Translations under genes and position numbers: made by a program
Shown: one piece after another, positions 35,701 to 51,468 of the stretch
Numbering within the stretch: position 1 is the stretch's first letter
Layout: each line of letters opens with the position of its first letter
Assembly: GCA_963719495.1 (NCBI GenBank)
Contig: CAVRCI010000009.1
Coordinates: forward strand, 1-64,000
DNA: 64,000 bases
Direction: 5' to 3'
DNA from: an uncultured Verrucomicrobiae bacterium
Lineage (GTDB): Bacteria > Verrucomicrobiota > Verrucomicrobiia > Chthoniobacterales > JAATET01
Notes under the pieces: generated by a model
Database searches by the model: none
The model's input: the letters and a program-made list of their open reading frames with translations, nothing else
Told to the model about the DNA's origin: nothing

Positions 35701-38431
35701 AACCCTCCGCGCCTGGATCAATTCCGACCCCACCGTCCGCCGCCGCCGCACCGAACTTCTCTTCCTCGGCCTCAGCCGCCTCCTGGGGGCCCACGCCGCC
35801 GACCCAACCCCCGCCCAAATCGAAACCCTCTTTCCCAAAAACACGTCATCGGCTTCCACTCGCTCGCCAAAGAATCCTCAACGCCCGCCCTCCCCAAAAT
35901 CCCCAAACTCCGATGCGGCCGCACCAAAGTTTGGGGACGGATCCGATTCCTCACTCCCTTCGTGCGCTGTCACCAACGTCGAACGCTGGCGAGCAGCCTG
36001 GCTCTTCGCCTCCCACGCCAAGCTCACGACCGCCCTCCAGCTAGGCGAAAATTCCGGCGATTTCCCCAACGACCAACAGCTCGCCGAGACCCAGCTCGCC
36101 TCCTGGCACCTCCTCCTCGGCGATCGCGACGCCGCCCTCGCCGACCTAGCCCTCACCGCCGACCTACCCGCCGACCGACTCGACGCCCCCGCGATCACCG
36201 CCCTCCGCATGCGCTGGCTCCTCATGACCCCGCCCGAGCGCGCCGCTCTGGCCAAATCGATCTCCCCCGATGCCTTCGCCAGCCAAGCTCTCATCGCCGC
36301 CCTTTCCAACGATACCGAAGGGATCTCAAAAGCGGCGATCCGCCTCGTCGATTCATGGAAACAAAAGAGCGGCGGCAGCCAGGGCAGCACCCCCATTTCG
36401 AGTTTCGTCCGGAGCGGAGTCTCCCAGCTCCACCCGTGGAACCTCCCCGCCCTCGCTCTCGCGATCTGCGAAGCCGCCGCCGACTCCGAAGCGCTGGTCG
36501 CTAGTCAATCCAACGACGGCCGCGCCTGGCGCACCGAACTCGCCGCCCTCACCGCCGCCTCCCGCCTCATGCTCGCCGCACCGCGCGAGACCGCCTTCGT
36601 CGTCGACGACCTCGACACCCGCAACTTCGATTTCCAAACCTGGGCCACCCTCGCCCGCACCCTCGACACCAACGGCTACACCGCCGCCGCGATCGCCGTC
36701 CGCGACGAACTCCTCTCCCGCTTTCCCAACGAACCCGCCACCCTCAACGAGCGGGCCACCTCCGCCGCCGCCGCGGATGACCTCCCGCTTCAGGCCGACC
36801 TCCTCGAACGCAACCTCGCCTCCGGCCGCCTCGGCTCGAACTTCCCCGCCATCGTCGACCAAACCGAGCAACTCGCCACCCTCCGCTTCAAGCTCCACGA
36901 TCCCGCCGCGGCCCTCCCGTTCATCGATCGCGTTCTCGCCCTCGCACCCGCCGATCCCCGACTCGTTGACCTGAAAGATCGCGCGCTCGCCAATCTCGGG
37001 CGCACCGACGAACGCCGCGAATTCTGGAACCGCCAGATCGAATTCGATCCCGCCACCGGTGGCCTCGGGCGGGCTCGTTTTCTCGTCGAAATCGGCGAAG
37101 CCGCCCCAGCCATCACGTCCCTCCGCCGCCTCCTCGCCACCCGCCCGCCGAACACCGCCGAGGTCCGCACCCTCCTCTTCCAAACCGAAGCCCGCCACGG
37201 CGACCGCGCCGCCGCCATCGCCGAGCTCGAGCGCCTCGCCGCCACCGACCAATGGGAAGCCGTCGGCCAGCTCGCCCCCGCCATCGCCGAGTCCGGCGAC
37301 CCAGCCCCGGTCGCAAAGATTCTTCGCCAAGGCCTCCGTGCCGCCTCGAATCCCCGGGTCCGTTTCGCCTGCGGGCGCATTCTTTTCCATCTCCCCGGGC
37401 CGCCCCCCAGCATCGCCGAGGCCCAACACGATCTCGATCAAATGCGCCACGCCGCCGAAGCCGACCTCGAACTCATTCCGAAACTCTATGAAACTGGATC
37501 CGAATTCGCGGCCCGGTCCCCCGCCAACACCGAATGGTTCCTCGACCAAATGCGAGCCGAATGGCAAGACGGCGACGGCTCCCGACTCGCCGCTGAGCAG
37601 CTCATCGTCCGCAATCCTCCCAGTCTCGACGTCCTTCTCGATCAATACCTCGTCCCCCGGCACTACGACGCGGTGGCCTGGGCCACGATCGCCGACCAGC
37701 TCGCGACGAGCGCCCATCCCGCCGCCGCGGCCCGCGTTTTTCACGAACTGGCCAACCGCGCTCCCGACCAACCCGGCTTCATCTTCCGCGAAGCCACCCA
37801 ACTTTGGCTCGCGGGCGAACGCTCCGCCGCCATCGCCCGCGTCGAGCCGTGGCTCGCGATCCGCGAATTCGATCCCAGCCTCCAGCGACAGGCCGCCGAC
37901 TTCTTCCGCGACATCGGTCGGCCCACCCGGGCGATCGAACTCTACGCCGAAATCGTTGCCGAAGACGTCGCCGTCCGTCACTCCGACGCCTGGATCGAGC
38001 TCGCCAAACTCCAGCAAAACTCCGGTCGCCTCGACGCCGCCAAACTTTTTCTCCTCACCGCTTTTCAGAACCCAAACAACCGGGATTGGCCCGCCGCCGA
38101 AGCTTTCCTCGCAGCCCGCGGCGATCTCACGTCGCTCGACCCCGAAGTCAACGAATTCCACCTCCGCGCCGACGACTGGCGGCAGGTCCGACTGGCCATC
38201 GCCCAGCGCCTCGTCGACCAAGGCAGCTACCAACGAGCGCTTACCTGGATAAGTCCAGCCATCCTCCCCAACGAATCCGCCGCCACCCTCCTCATGCGGA
38301 TCGCCAAGCGCGGCGACCTCCGCGACGAAGTCACCACCTTCTGGCAAACCGCTATCGCCCAACTCCCCGAAAGCGCCGACCTAAAAACCCAGCACGCCAC
38401 CTACGAGGCGTCCGCGGCAAAGCCGCGCTGA
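32720..38431 (+). CDS. Giant exported TPR-like repeat protein (1903 aa)
   Basis: Signal peptide ending AHA; repeated Ala/Leu-rich helical units ending in P-x-D/N. Confidence 0.8.
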   Translation: MRPPAAPRAAAALFTLFALFTLTTLTPAHADLTPDERRQSARYAEILQSDPAHVVARQRLWALHATAGDTATLLDDYATRSAESLPAALTHAYLLLESGDPTSALTALDATATTFPEDPTPLLAKAEILAAQSEDPIPTLVAALALAPENPDIADRLTRARLAAGDPTSLLADAPNDPALRRELADQLLAANRPDEARPHLEWLAAKGNPTQRVDALRTLSDVAEQKGDLPAAIEFADQAANRLGPTHWLRPDLETRVTNLRARSGTLEARRDRLWDTTLKSPGDWRAWREIARIESVLGNPAAQVAALESAVAAAPSDDSLRYELIRAEADFGDLDLAYTLVGKLIAQRPNDPEPIFLRADLDVRAGRLAAARSSVDALVAANPSLRPRAIAFFESTRLDEAATALRAQAAADGDPEASLALANSHLESSDLPAAIAALTAAKLDADTNLRAAALLRSHDHVAATIPFLEAARLQAPDHLEPVQQLAAALVATDQTESAVAVLEAALATQPDKAATLDRQIYDSLAATPDQLTAHLETIQSDPERFARWQLWSGDAEPPDPNESRPIVPDAETLDELATAAREAPASVEALTNLAAARQSASDYYGALEPWTEAFARAPANDRTDLLPPILAATARLQLPDRGLGFLVDYARSRPGEADRITAWADAVTFAEKNANLDLLESELATSPDEYPTAVARAAIQSARGDDPAAFRTLESSARLAADPAAARDRTLAAAARTGEDAAVIRSAARVTAESNAFSDWRAAATALEAVGAADTAGATWRAIHRKFNRDPDALTAVAAYADRTGEAETRATALYAAAELDPRDPVRLAEAAALAETRGDRDRAIDFYYQILAATHPLEPDPARFPGFDEVSAEVTNAAHSLAMRAIGGLADVASVATVRSTADRSTAVATAAARLAAIRALAHLSTGGSTREEWLAWCAQATPFEAAWGFYSADEFAPAHAALLTLLATTPDPAPVERALIWNALRRSSFETLRAWINSDPTVRRRRTELLFLGLSRLLGAHAADPTPAQIETLFPKNTSSASTRSPKNPQRPPSPKSPNSDAAAPKFGDGSDSSLPSCAVTNVERWRAAWLFASHAKLTTALQLGENSGDFPNDQQLAETQLASWHLLLGDRDAALADLALTADLPADRLDAPAITALRMRWLLMTPPERAALAKSISPDAFASQALIAALSNDTEGISKAAIRLVDSWKQKSGGSQGSTPISSFVRSGVSQLHPWNLPALALAICEAAADSEALVASQSNDGRAWRTELAALTAASRLMLAAPRETAFVVDDLDTRNFDFQTWATLARTLDTNGYTAAAIAVRDELLSRFPNEPATLNERATSAAAADDLPLQADLLERNLASGRLGSNFPAIVDQTEQLATLRFKLHDPAAALPFIDRVLALAPADPRLVDLKDRALANLGRTDERREFWNRQIEFDPATGGLGRARFLVEIGEAAPAITSLRRLLATRPPNTAEVRTLLFQTEARHGDRAAAIAELERLAATDQWEAVGQLAPAIAESGDPAPVAKILRQGLRAASNPRVRFACGRILFHLPGPPPSIAEAQHDLDQMRHAAEADLELIPKLYETGSEFAARSPANTEWFLDQMRAEWQDGDGSRLAAEQLIVRNPPSLDVLLDQYLVPRHYDAVAWATIADQLATSAHPAAAARVFHELANRAPDQPGFIFREATQLWLAGERSAAIARVEPWLAIREFDPSLQRQAADFFRDIGRPTRAIELYAEIVAEDVAVRHSDAWIELAKLQQNSGRLDAAKLFLLTAFQNPNNRDWPAAEAFLAARGDLTSLDPEVNEFHLRADDWRQVRLAIAQRLVDQGSYQRALTWISPAILPNESAATLLMRIAKRGDLRDEVTTFWQTAIAQLPESADLKTQHATYEASAAKPR
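35899..35938. repeat. Second, imperfect copy of the 40-bp palindrome, inside the TPR gene
   Basis: atccccaaactccgatgcggccgcaccaaagtttggggac; 36/40 identical to 28384-28423. Confidence 0.85.
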
Positions 38432-38537
38432 ATCCTGCAGCCGGTTTCGCCGGGCGAGCCGTCAAGTCGGACGTGATCAACCCACCGGACACCGGGTCTC
38501 CTCGCGTCGACCGCCACACCGCGACGAGACAGCTCCC

Positions 38538-39290
38538 TCACGGAATCACCAGCACCTGACCGACCTGCAGATTCACGCCCCCATTCAGCGCATTGTGATT
38601 CGCATCCGCGATGTCCTTCCAACGCTGCGCGTCATCGTAAAACCGACGCGCCAGGGAGGCCAACGTATCGCCCTTCCGCACCGTATAACGCTGAGTCTCC
38701 GACCCGATCCGCTTCTCCGCGGCCGCCGTCCTGGGGTTCGTCGAATAACCCTTTTTGTCGCGAGCGGGCGCCGCCTTCTCCACGACCGCTTTCGGCTTCT
38801 TCTTCTCGGCTTTCAGTTCGTCTTCCAATCGCTCGATCGTTTTCTTCAATTCCGTGGACTCCTCCGCAAGCTCGAGGTTCGCGTTCTTGATCCGAGCCGC
38901 CTCCCGCTTCGTCATGAGCCCGCTGTCCGCCGCCCGGGTCGCGATCACCAATTCGATTCGCTCGATGTATCCTTCGACCTCGGCCTTGAGAGCGTTCGAC
39001 TCGGTCATCTTGAGGTAGCGCCGGTAGTGGTGCAGAGCCGACACGGGATCCTTCAGCTTGTCGTCGTAGATGAGCGCGAGTTTGTAGTGGATGTCCGCCG
39101 TCTTCGGCGTCCCGTCGAGAGCCGCCTCATACATCCAAACCGCCCGCGGAAAATCCCCCTCCTGCACCGCGGCCCGCGCCTGCTCCTCGGTCCCCGCCCG
39201 CGTTGGCATCTCGAAATCATCGCAAGCCACCAATCCGAGACATCCCACCAAAACCAAACCCCGAATCCCCGTCATCACATCCGTCGACAT
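38538..39290 (-). CDS. Lipoprotein with TPR, coiled coil and C-terminal LysM domain
   Basis: LVAC lipobox; YTVRKGDTLASLARRFY...LQVGQVLVIP; start uncertain. Confidence 0.85.
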   Translation of the reverse strand: MSTDVMTGIRGLVLVGCLGLVACDDFEMPTRAGTEEQARAAVQEGDFPRAVWMYEAALDGTPKTADIHYKLALIYDDKLKDPVSALHHYRRYLKMTESNALKAEVEGYIERIELVIATRAADSGLMTKREAARIKNANLELAEESTELKKTIERLEDELKAEKKKPKAVVEKAAPARDKKGYSTNPRTAAAEKRIGSETQRYTVRKGDTLASLARRFYDDAQRWKDIADANHNALNGGVNLQVGQVLVIP

Positions 39291-39357
39291 CCCCCACACC
39301 TAGCGACCCCATCCCCGGCTCGCCAATCAAACAACGTGAATTCATTCTCCCGTCGCC

Positions 39358-39693
39358 ATGCTCAACGCCTATCTCCTCCTCGCGCTCGCCATCGTGGCCG
39401 AAGTCGTCGCCACGTCGTTTCTTCCCATCACAGCCCATTTTACACGACCGCTCCCGAGCCTCGTGGTCCTGATCGGTTACGCCACCGCCTTTTACTGCCT
39501 CACCCACATCCTCGACCGCATTCCCATCGGGATCACCTACGCCATCTGGTCCGGGCTGGGGATCGTGCTGCTGGCAGTCGTCGGAATCGTTGTCTACGGG
39601 CAGAAGCCCGACCTACCCGCGGTCGTAGGAATCACTCTCATTCTGGCAGGAGTCATCACGATCAACGCGTTCTCAAAAATGACGCCGCACTGA
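39358..39693 (+). CDS. SMR-family small multidrug efflux transporter
   Basis: AIVAEVVAT (conserved Glu), PIGITYAIWSGLG, four TM segments. Confidence 0.9.
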   Translation: MLNAYLLLALAIVAEVVATSFLPITAHFTRPLPSLVVLIGYATAFYCLTHILDRIPIGITYAIWSGLGIVLLAVVGIVVYGQKPDLPAVVGITLILAGVITINAFSKMTPH

Positions 39694-39743
39694 AATAATG
39701 AGCGCGTCGTCGAAGCGATTGAGGGGCAAAGCCGCCCCCACCC

Positions 39744-40001
39744 GTCATTCTGAACGTAGTGAAGAGCAGCCGACCGCCTTCCACGTCTTCCTATTCACCA
39801 AGAAGGCAATCTCTGGCTTAAACCAAATCTCACGATTGACCTGACCATTGCTGTAGCGGCGGTCTGTGACCGCCGCCGTCGTCTTGAGCAGCGTCAACTT
39901 CCGGGGCGCAAGATCTGCGGCGGTCACAGACCGCCGCTACATTTTCCGATCACCCTCCGAATACAAAATGCCAGGGATGTTTCGCTCCGCTGCCAATGAC
40001 A
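39744..40001. repeat. Degenerate GTCATT...AATGAC inverted element enclosing a REP pair
   Basis: gtcattctgaacgtagtgaa ... ttcgctccgctgccaatgac. Confidence 0.45.
39852..39941. repeat. REPIN-like inverted pair of GTAG REPs
   Basis: tgtagcggcggtctgtgaccgccgc ... gcggcggtcacagaccgccgctaca; degenerate solo copy at 22026-22050. Confidence 0.85.
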
Positions 40002-40056
40002 CGGGTTGTTTTGAACAGAGCACCAGCGGCTGGGAGCACCGGAGCTTGGGAAGGCT

Positions 40057-40197
40057 CGGGGCAGACGCCATCGGCTCTGCGATGGTGCCCGAAGGGCGAG
40101 ACGCTTGGGAAAGCGCGAGTCCACCCGCGGGGCAGACTGCATTGGCCCTGCGACGCGGCCCGAAGGGCGAGACGAGCGGGAGCGAGCGAGTCAACCG
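40057..40197 (+). repeat. Tandem duplication of a ~71-bp multi-hairpin unit
   Basis: Both units: cggggcagac-hairpin-gcccgaagggcgagacg-hairpin-cgagtc. Confidence 0.75.
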
Positions 40198-40444
40198 AAC
40201 GAAGAGAACGAAGGGAAATACGGATACAAATTCGGCTTTGAACAGAAGGCCGCAAAGGCCGCAAAGACTTGGCAGAATGGGCCTCGCCGCCGTTGACCGA
40301 GTCATCCCCGCTTCTCGACGCGCTTGCGGGTTAGTGGTCCTCAACACGGCAGGTTCTAAAGCGATCGCCCGATCACACCCATCGGCGTCCCTTCCCCTCA
40401 GCCGTCAATCTTCCGGACCGCCACGACAACCCGCGGCCATCCCC

Positions 40445-40903
40445 TCACCGCCGATTAAACCCGGCCATCGTCCGATCCGCTTCCCGCTTCGCCTCCCGGC
40501 TCTTCAGCGCGGCCCGTTTGTCGACCGCGTGCTTCCCTTTCCCGACGCCAATCTCGACTTTCACCCTCCCCTGCTTCCAATACATCTTCAGCGGCACCAA
40601 CGTCCGTCCGCTCACGTTCGCCTCACCGAAAAGCTGGTCGATCTCCCGCTTGTGCAGCAGCAGCTTCCGTTTCCGTTTCGGCTCGTGCTGCTCCGCGCTC
40701 GCCTGCGCGTACGGCTGGATGTCGGCGTCGCAGAGGAAGATCTCGCCGTTGTCGATTCGCGCGTAGGCCCCGCGCAGGTTCACGTGACCCGCGCGAATGG
40801 ATTTGACCTCGGTGCCCCTCAACTCAATCCCAGCCTCGAGTTTCTCCTCGATGTGGAATTCGTGATAGGCCTTCCGATTAGTGGTGATTTCGGACGATGC
40901 CAT
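40445..40903 (-). CDS. smpB: SsrA-binding protein
   Basis: NRKAYHEF, EAGIELRGTEVKSIR, RKLLLHKREI, GKGK...DKR. Confidence 0.96.
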   Translation of the reverse strand: MASSEITTNRKAYHEFHIEEKLEAGIELRGTEVKSIRAGHVNLRGAYARIDNGEIFLCDADIQPYAQASAEQHEPKRKRKLLLHKREIDQLFGEANVSGRTLVPLKMYWKQGRVKVEIGVGKGKHAVDKRAALKSREAKREADRTMAGFNRR

Positions 40904-40931
40904 CGGCCCGCCCAACGTCCCAACGGGACGT

Positions 40932-41141
40932 CTAGCCCTCCAGGTCGACCGGCTCGCGGGTGACGAGCTTTCCGGCCATGATTTCCGCCATCGCCGTGTC
41001 GGCGAAGGTCATCCGCGGCTCGACCTCGACGTGCGGGCGCACCCCGCTGCTGAGCTGCCGGACGCGCCGGGAGATCAGATTGATGAGAATTTGCTTATCC
41101 TCGATGACCTCGTTGGCCTGGTGCAAAAGTGCGTAATTCAT
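40932..41141 (-). CDS. rpoZ: RNA polymerase omega subunit
   Basis: 69 aa; LINLISRRVRQL..G..P.V and AMAEI.AGK. Confidence 0.8.
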   Translation of the reverse strand: MNYALLHQANEVIEDKQILINLISRRVRQLSSGVRPHVEVEPRMTFADTAMAEIMAGKLVTREPVDLEG

Positions 41142-41189
41142 GGCTGGTAAATCCTGACTGCGAGCCGCACGCGGCCCATGGTGAAAAAA

Positions 41190-41819
41190 TTAAGCGTCAC
41201 TCTCTTCGCCGTCGGTCTCACCCGGCAGGCTTTCGCCGACGAGGTAACGCACGAAGCGGCGAATGATGATGTTCTCGCCGAGCTCGGCGATTTTTTGGTT
41301 CACGACATCCTTCACCGTGATGTCCGGGTTCTTGATGAACGCCTGCTCGAGGAGACAAATCGTGCTGTAGAATTTGTCGACTTTGCCGTCGACGATCTTC
41401 TCGACGATGTTCGCCGGCTTGTCCTTCATCTGCGCCGCGTAGATCTCGCGCTCGTTGGCCACGACGGTCGCATCCACCTGCTCACGGCTGACCACGGTCG
41501 GTTGGGAGGCCGCGATGTGAAGCGTGATGTCTTTGACAAATTCCTTGAAGACGTCCGTCTTGGCGACGAAGTCGGTTTCGCAGTTCACTTCGACGAGCAC
41601 ACCAACCTTGCCTTGAAGGTGAATGTAGGAAGCGACAACGCCTTCCTTCGCGGAGCGGCCCGCCTTTTTGCCGGCGCTGGCCATTCCCTTCTTACGGAGG
41701 ACCTTTTCGGCTTGTTCGAGATCGCCGCTGGTCTCTTCGAGAGCGCGTTTGCAATCCATCATTCCCGCGTTGGTTTTTTCGCGGAGGGCTTTAACTAGTG
41801 CTGAGGTGACTTCGGCCAT
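41190..41819 (-). CDS. tsf: Elongation factor Ts (short form)
   Basis: VKALREKTNAGMMDCK, EVNCETDFVAK, LGENIIIRRFVR; ATG at 41819. Confidence 0.96.
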   Translation of the reverse strand: MAEVTSALVKALREKTNAGMMDCKRALEETSGDLEQAEKVLRKKGMASAGKKAGRSAKEGVVASYIHLQGKVGVLVEVNCETDFVAKTDVFKEFVKDITLHIAASQPTVVSREQVDATVVANEREIYAAQMKDKPANIVEKIVDGKVDKFYSTICLLEQAFIKNPDITVKDVVNQKIAELGENIIIRRFVRYLVGESLPGETDGEESDA

Positions 41820-41820
41820 T

Positions 41821-41948
41821 GGGAGAGTTTTAAGTTTGTAAGAATTAAGAATTAAGTGGGTGAGCGGGCGTTCGGCGGAATCAAGTCTGTAAAATCGGAG
41901 CAACAAGCTCCGACTTAATCCTTAAAACTTAATTCTCAAAACTCCCCC
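41821..41948. repeat. AT-rich inverted heptamer-periodic element filling the rpsB-tsf spacer
   Basis: gagttttaagtttgtaagaattaagaattaagt ... acttaatccttaaaacttaattctcaaaactc. Confidence 0.7.
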
Positions 41949-42701
41949 CTACTCGGCGACGGCTGCGAGATCGACTTCGGTCTTAGCCTTCATGCCACGG
42001 CCGCTCATCATGGCGTCGACGAGCTTCTGTAGGATCACGCGGATCGAACGGATGGCGTCGTCGTTGCCGGCGATCGGGTATTCAACGCGTTCGGGGTCGC
42101 AATTCGTGTCAACGATGGCGACGATCGGCACCTTGAGACGGTTCGCTTCGGCGACGGCGATCTCTTCCTTGTTCGTGTCGATCACGATGAGGGCGTCGGG
42201 AAGTTTCTCCATCGTGAGGAGTCCTTCGAGATTTTTGTGGAGGCGCTCCCACTCGCGGTGGAGGGCGGACGCTTCCTTCTTGTTCATCCGCGAATAGGTC
42301 GGGGATTTCTCGATGTCCTGAATGACGCGATAACGCGCGACGCTCTTGCGAATCGTCTGGAGATTCGTGAGCGTTCCGCCGAGCCAGCGCTGGTTCACGA
42401 AGAGCTGACCGCTGGCCTGCGCCGCTTCGCGAACCGCTTCCTGCGCCTGCTTTTTGCAGCCGACGAAGAGCACTTTGCCACCGCCCTTGACGAGGTCGTG
42501 GAGGTATTTTGTTGCGGACTCGAGCTGGTCGACCGTCTTGCTGAGGTCGATGATGTAAATGCTGTTTTTCTCCTGAAAGATGAAATCCTTCATCTTCGGG
42601 TTCCAGCGTTTCGTTTGGTGGCCGTAATGCACCCCGGCCTCGAGGAGTTCTGTCATCATTTCCATTTTGGATGAGAGGTCTGCTTTGTCGTCGGTAGTCA
42701 T
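41949..42701 (-). CDS. rpsB: 30S ribosomal protein S2
   Basis: LLEAGVHYGHQTKRWNPKM, RWLGGTLTN, VDTNCDP, GNDDAIRS; start may be at 42665. Confidence 0.97.
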   Translation of the reverse strand: MTTDDKADLSSKMEMMTELLEAGVHYGHQTKRWNPKMKDFIFQEKNSIYIIDLSKTVDQLESATKYLHDLVKGGGKVLFVGCKKQAQEAVREAAQASGQLFVNQRWLGGTLTNLQTIRKSVARYRVIQDIEKSPTYSRMNKKEASALHREWERLHKNLEGLLTMEKLPDALIVIDTNKEEIAVAEANRLKVPIVAIVDTNCDPERVEYPIAGNDDAIRSIRVILQKLVDAMMSGRGMKAKTEVDLAAVAE

Positions 42702-42722
42702 GCCAGTTGGTTCGTGGTTAGC

Positions 42723-46844
<4,122 letters not shown>

Positions 46845-46873
46845 AGGTGTCGAGTTGAGGTCCAGGTGATGGA

Positions 46874-50671
<3,798 letters not shown>

Positions 50672-50888
50672 GGGTCGGAGATACAGGGTGTTGGCTAGTG
50701 CCTTGAAGGGGGACCTTAGTTGGAGTGACTAGGAGTCGCAGTCAGTCGAGACGACAAAAAGCCCGCGTGGTGAATTTCTTCACTTTGCGGGAGCTTGATC
50801 GAGAATGGCTGCGGCGCGTAATCGCTGACTTGGGACCTTGGGCAAAAGGGTGATCGTTAGAGTTAGAGCCGGACCACGCGAGTCGCAA

Positions 50889-50915
50889 CAAAAAACTTGC
50901 CAAAAGCAAATTTTT
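50889..50915 (-). terminator. Putative terminator/attenuator between rplL and rpoB
   Basis: Minus strand aaaaatttgc-ttttg-gcaagtttttt; weak A/U-rich stem with T tract. Confidence 0.35.
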
Positions 50916-50946
50916 CGAAGACCCGCGCGGCTCCCCGGCGGGAAGG

Positions 50947-51327
50947 TTACTTGATTTCGACCTTGGCGCCGGCTGCTTCGATCTTCTTCTTGATCTCTTC
51001 AGCTTCTTCCTTGGTGACACCCTCTTTGAGGGCCTTGGGAGCGCTCTCGACGAGGGCCTTCGCTTCCGCGAGACCGAGGCCGGCCACGTTGGCGCGCACT
51101 TCCTTGATGACGGCGATCTTGTTCGCGCCGGTTTCGGTGAGGATCACGTCGAAGGAGGTTTTCTCTTCAACGGCCTCGGCGGCGGCTCCGCCACCACCAG
51201 CCGCGGCGACCGCAACGGGAGCTGCGGCGCTGACGCCCCACTTTTCTTCGAGTGCCTTCACGAGGTCAGCGATTTCCAGAACGGTGAGTCCGCTGAGCTT
51301 GTCTACGATTTCGGTATTATCTGCCAT
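50947..51327 (-). CDS. rplL: 50S ribosomal protein L7/L12
   Basis: [29 protein letters not shown]. Confidence 0.98.
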   Translation of the reverse strand: MADNTEIVDKLSGLTVLEIADLVKALEEKWGVSAAAPVAVAAAGGGGAAAEAVEEKTSFDVILTETGANKIAVIKEVRANVAGLGLAEAKALVESAPKALKEGVTKEEAEEIKKKIEAAGAKVEIK

Positions 51328-51468
51328 GGTATTTTTGTTGGTATCGTCGCCATCCGAAGCTTCGGAGGAATTAAGGCCGGCCGCTGCCGGTCCGACGAGG
51401 AACCTTTGAGGTTGGTTTGGGTATCCGCGGGGTTCGGCGTGAGCCTTGGCCGCGAAAGTGTTTTGCGG

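Noticed and set aside
39960..40444. tmRNA (ssrA) next to smpB
   Set aside because: No tRNA-Ala-like 5' end, T-arm or CCA 3' end found on either strand
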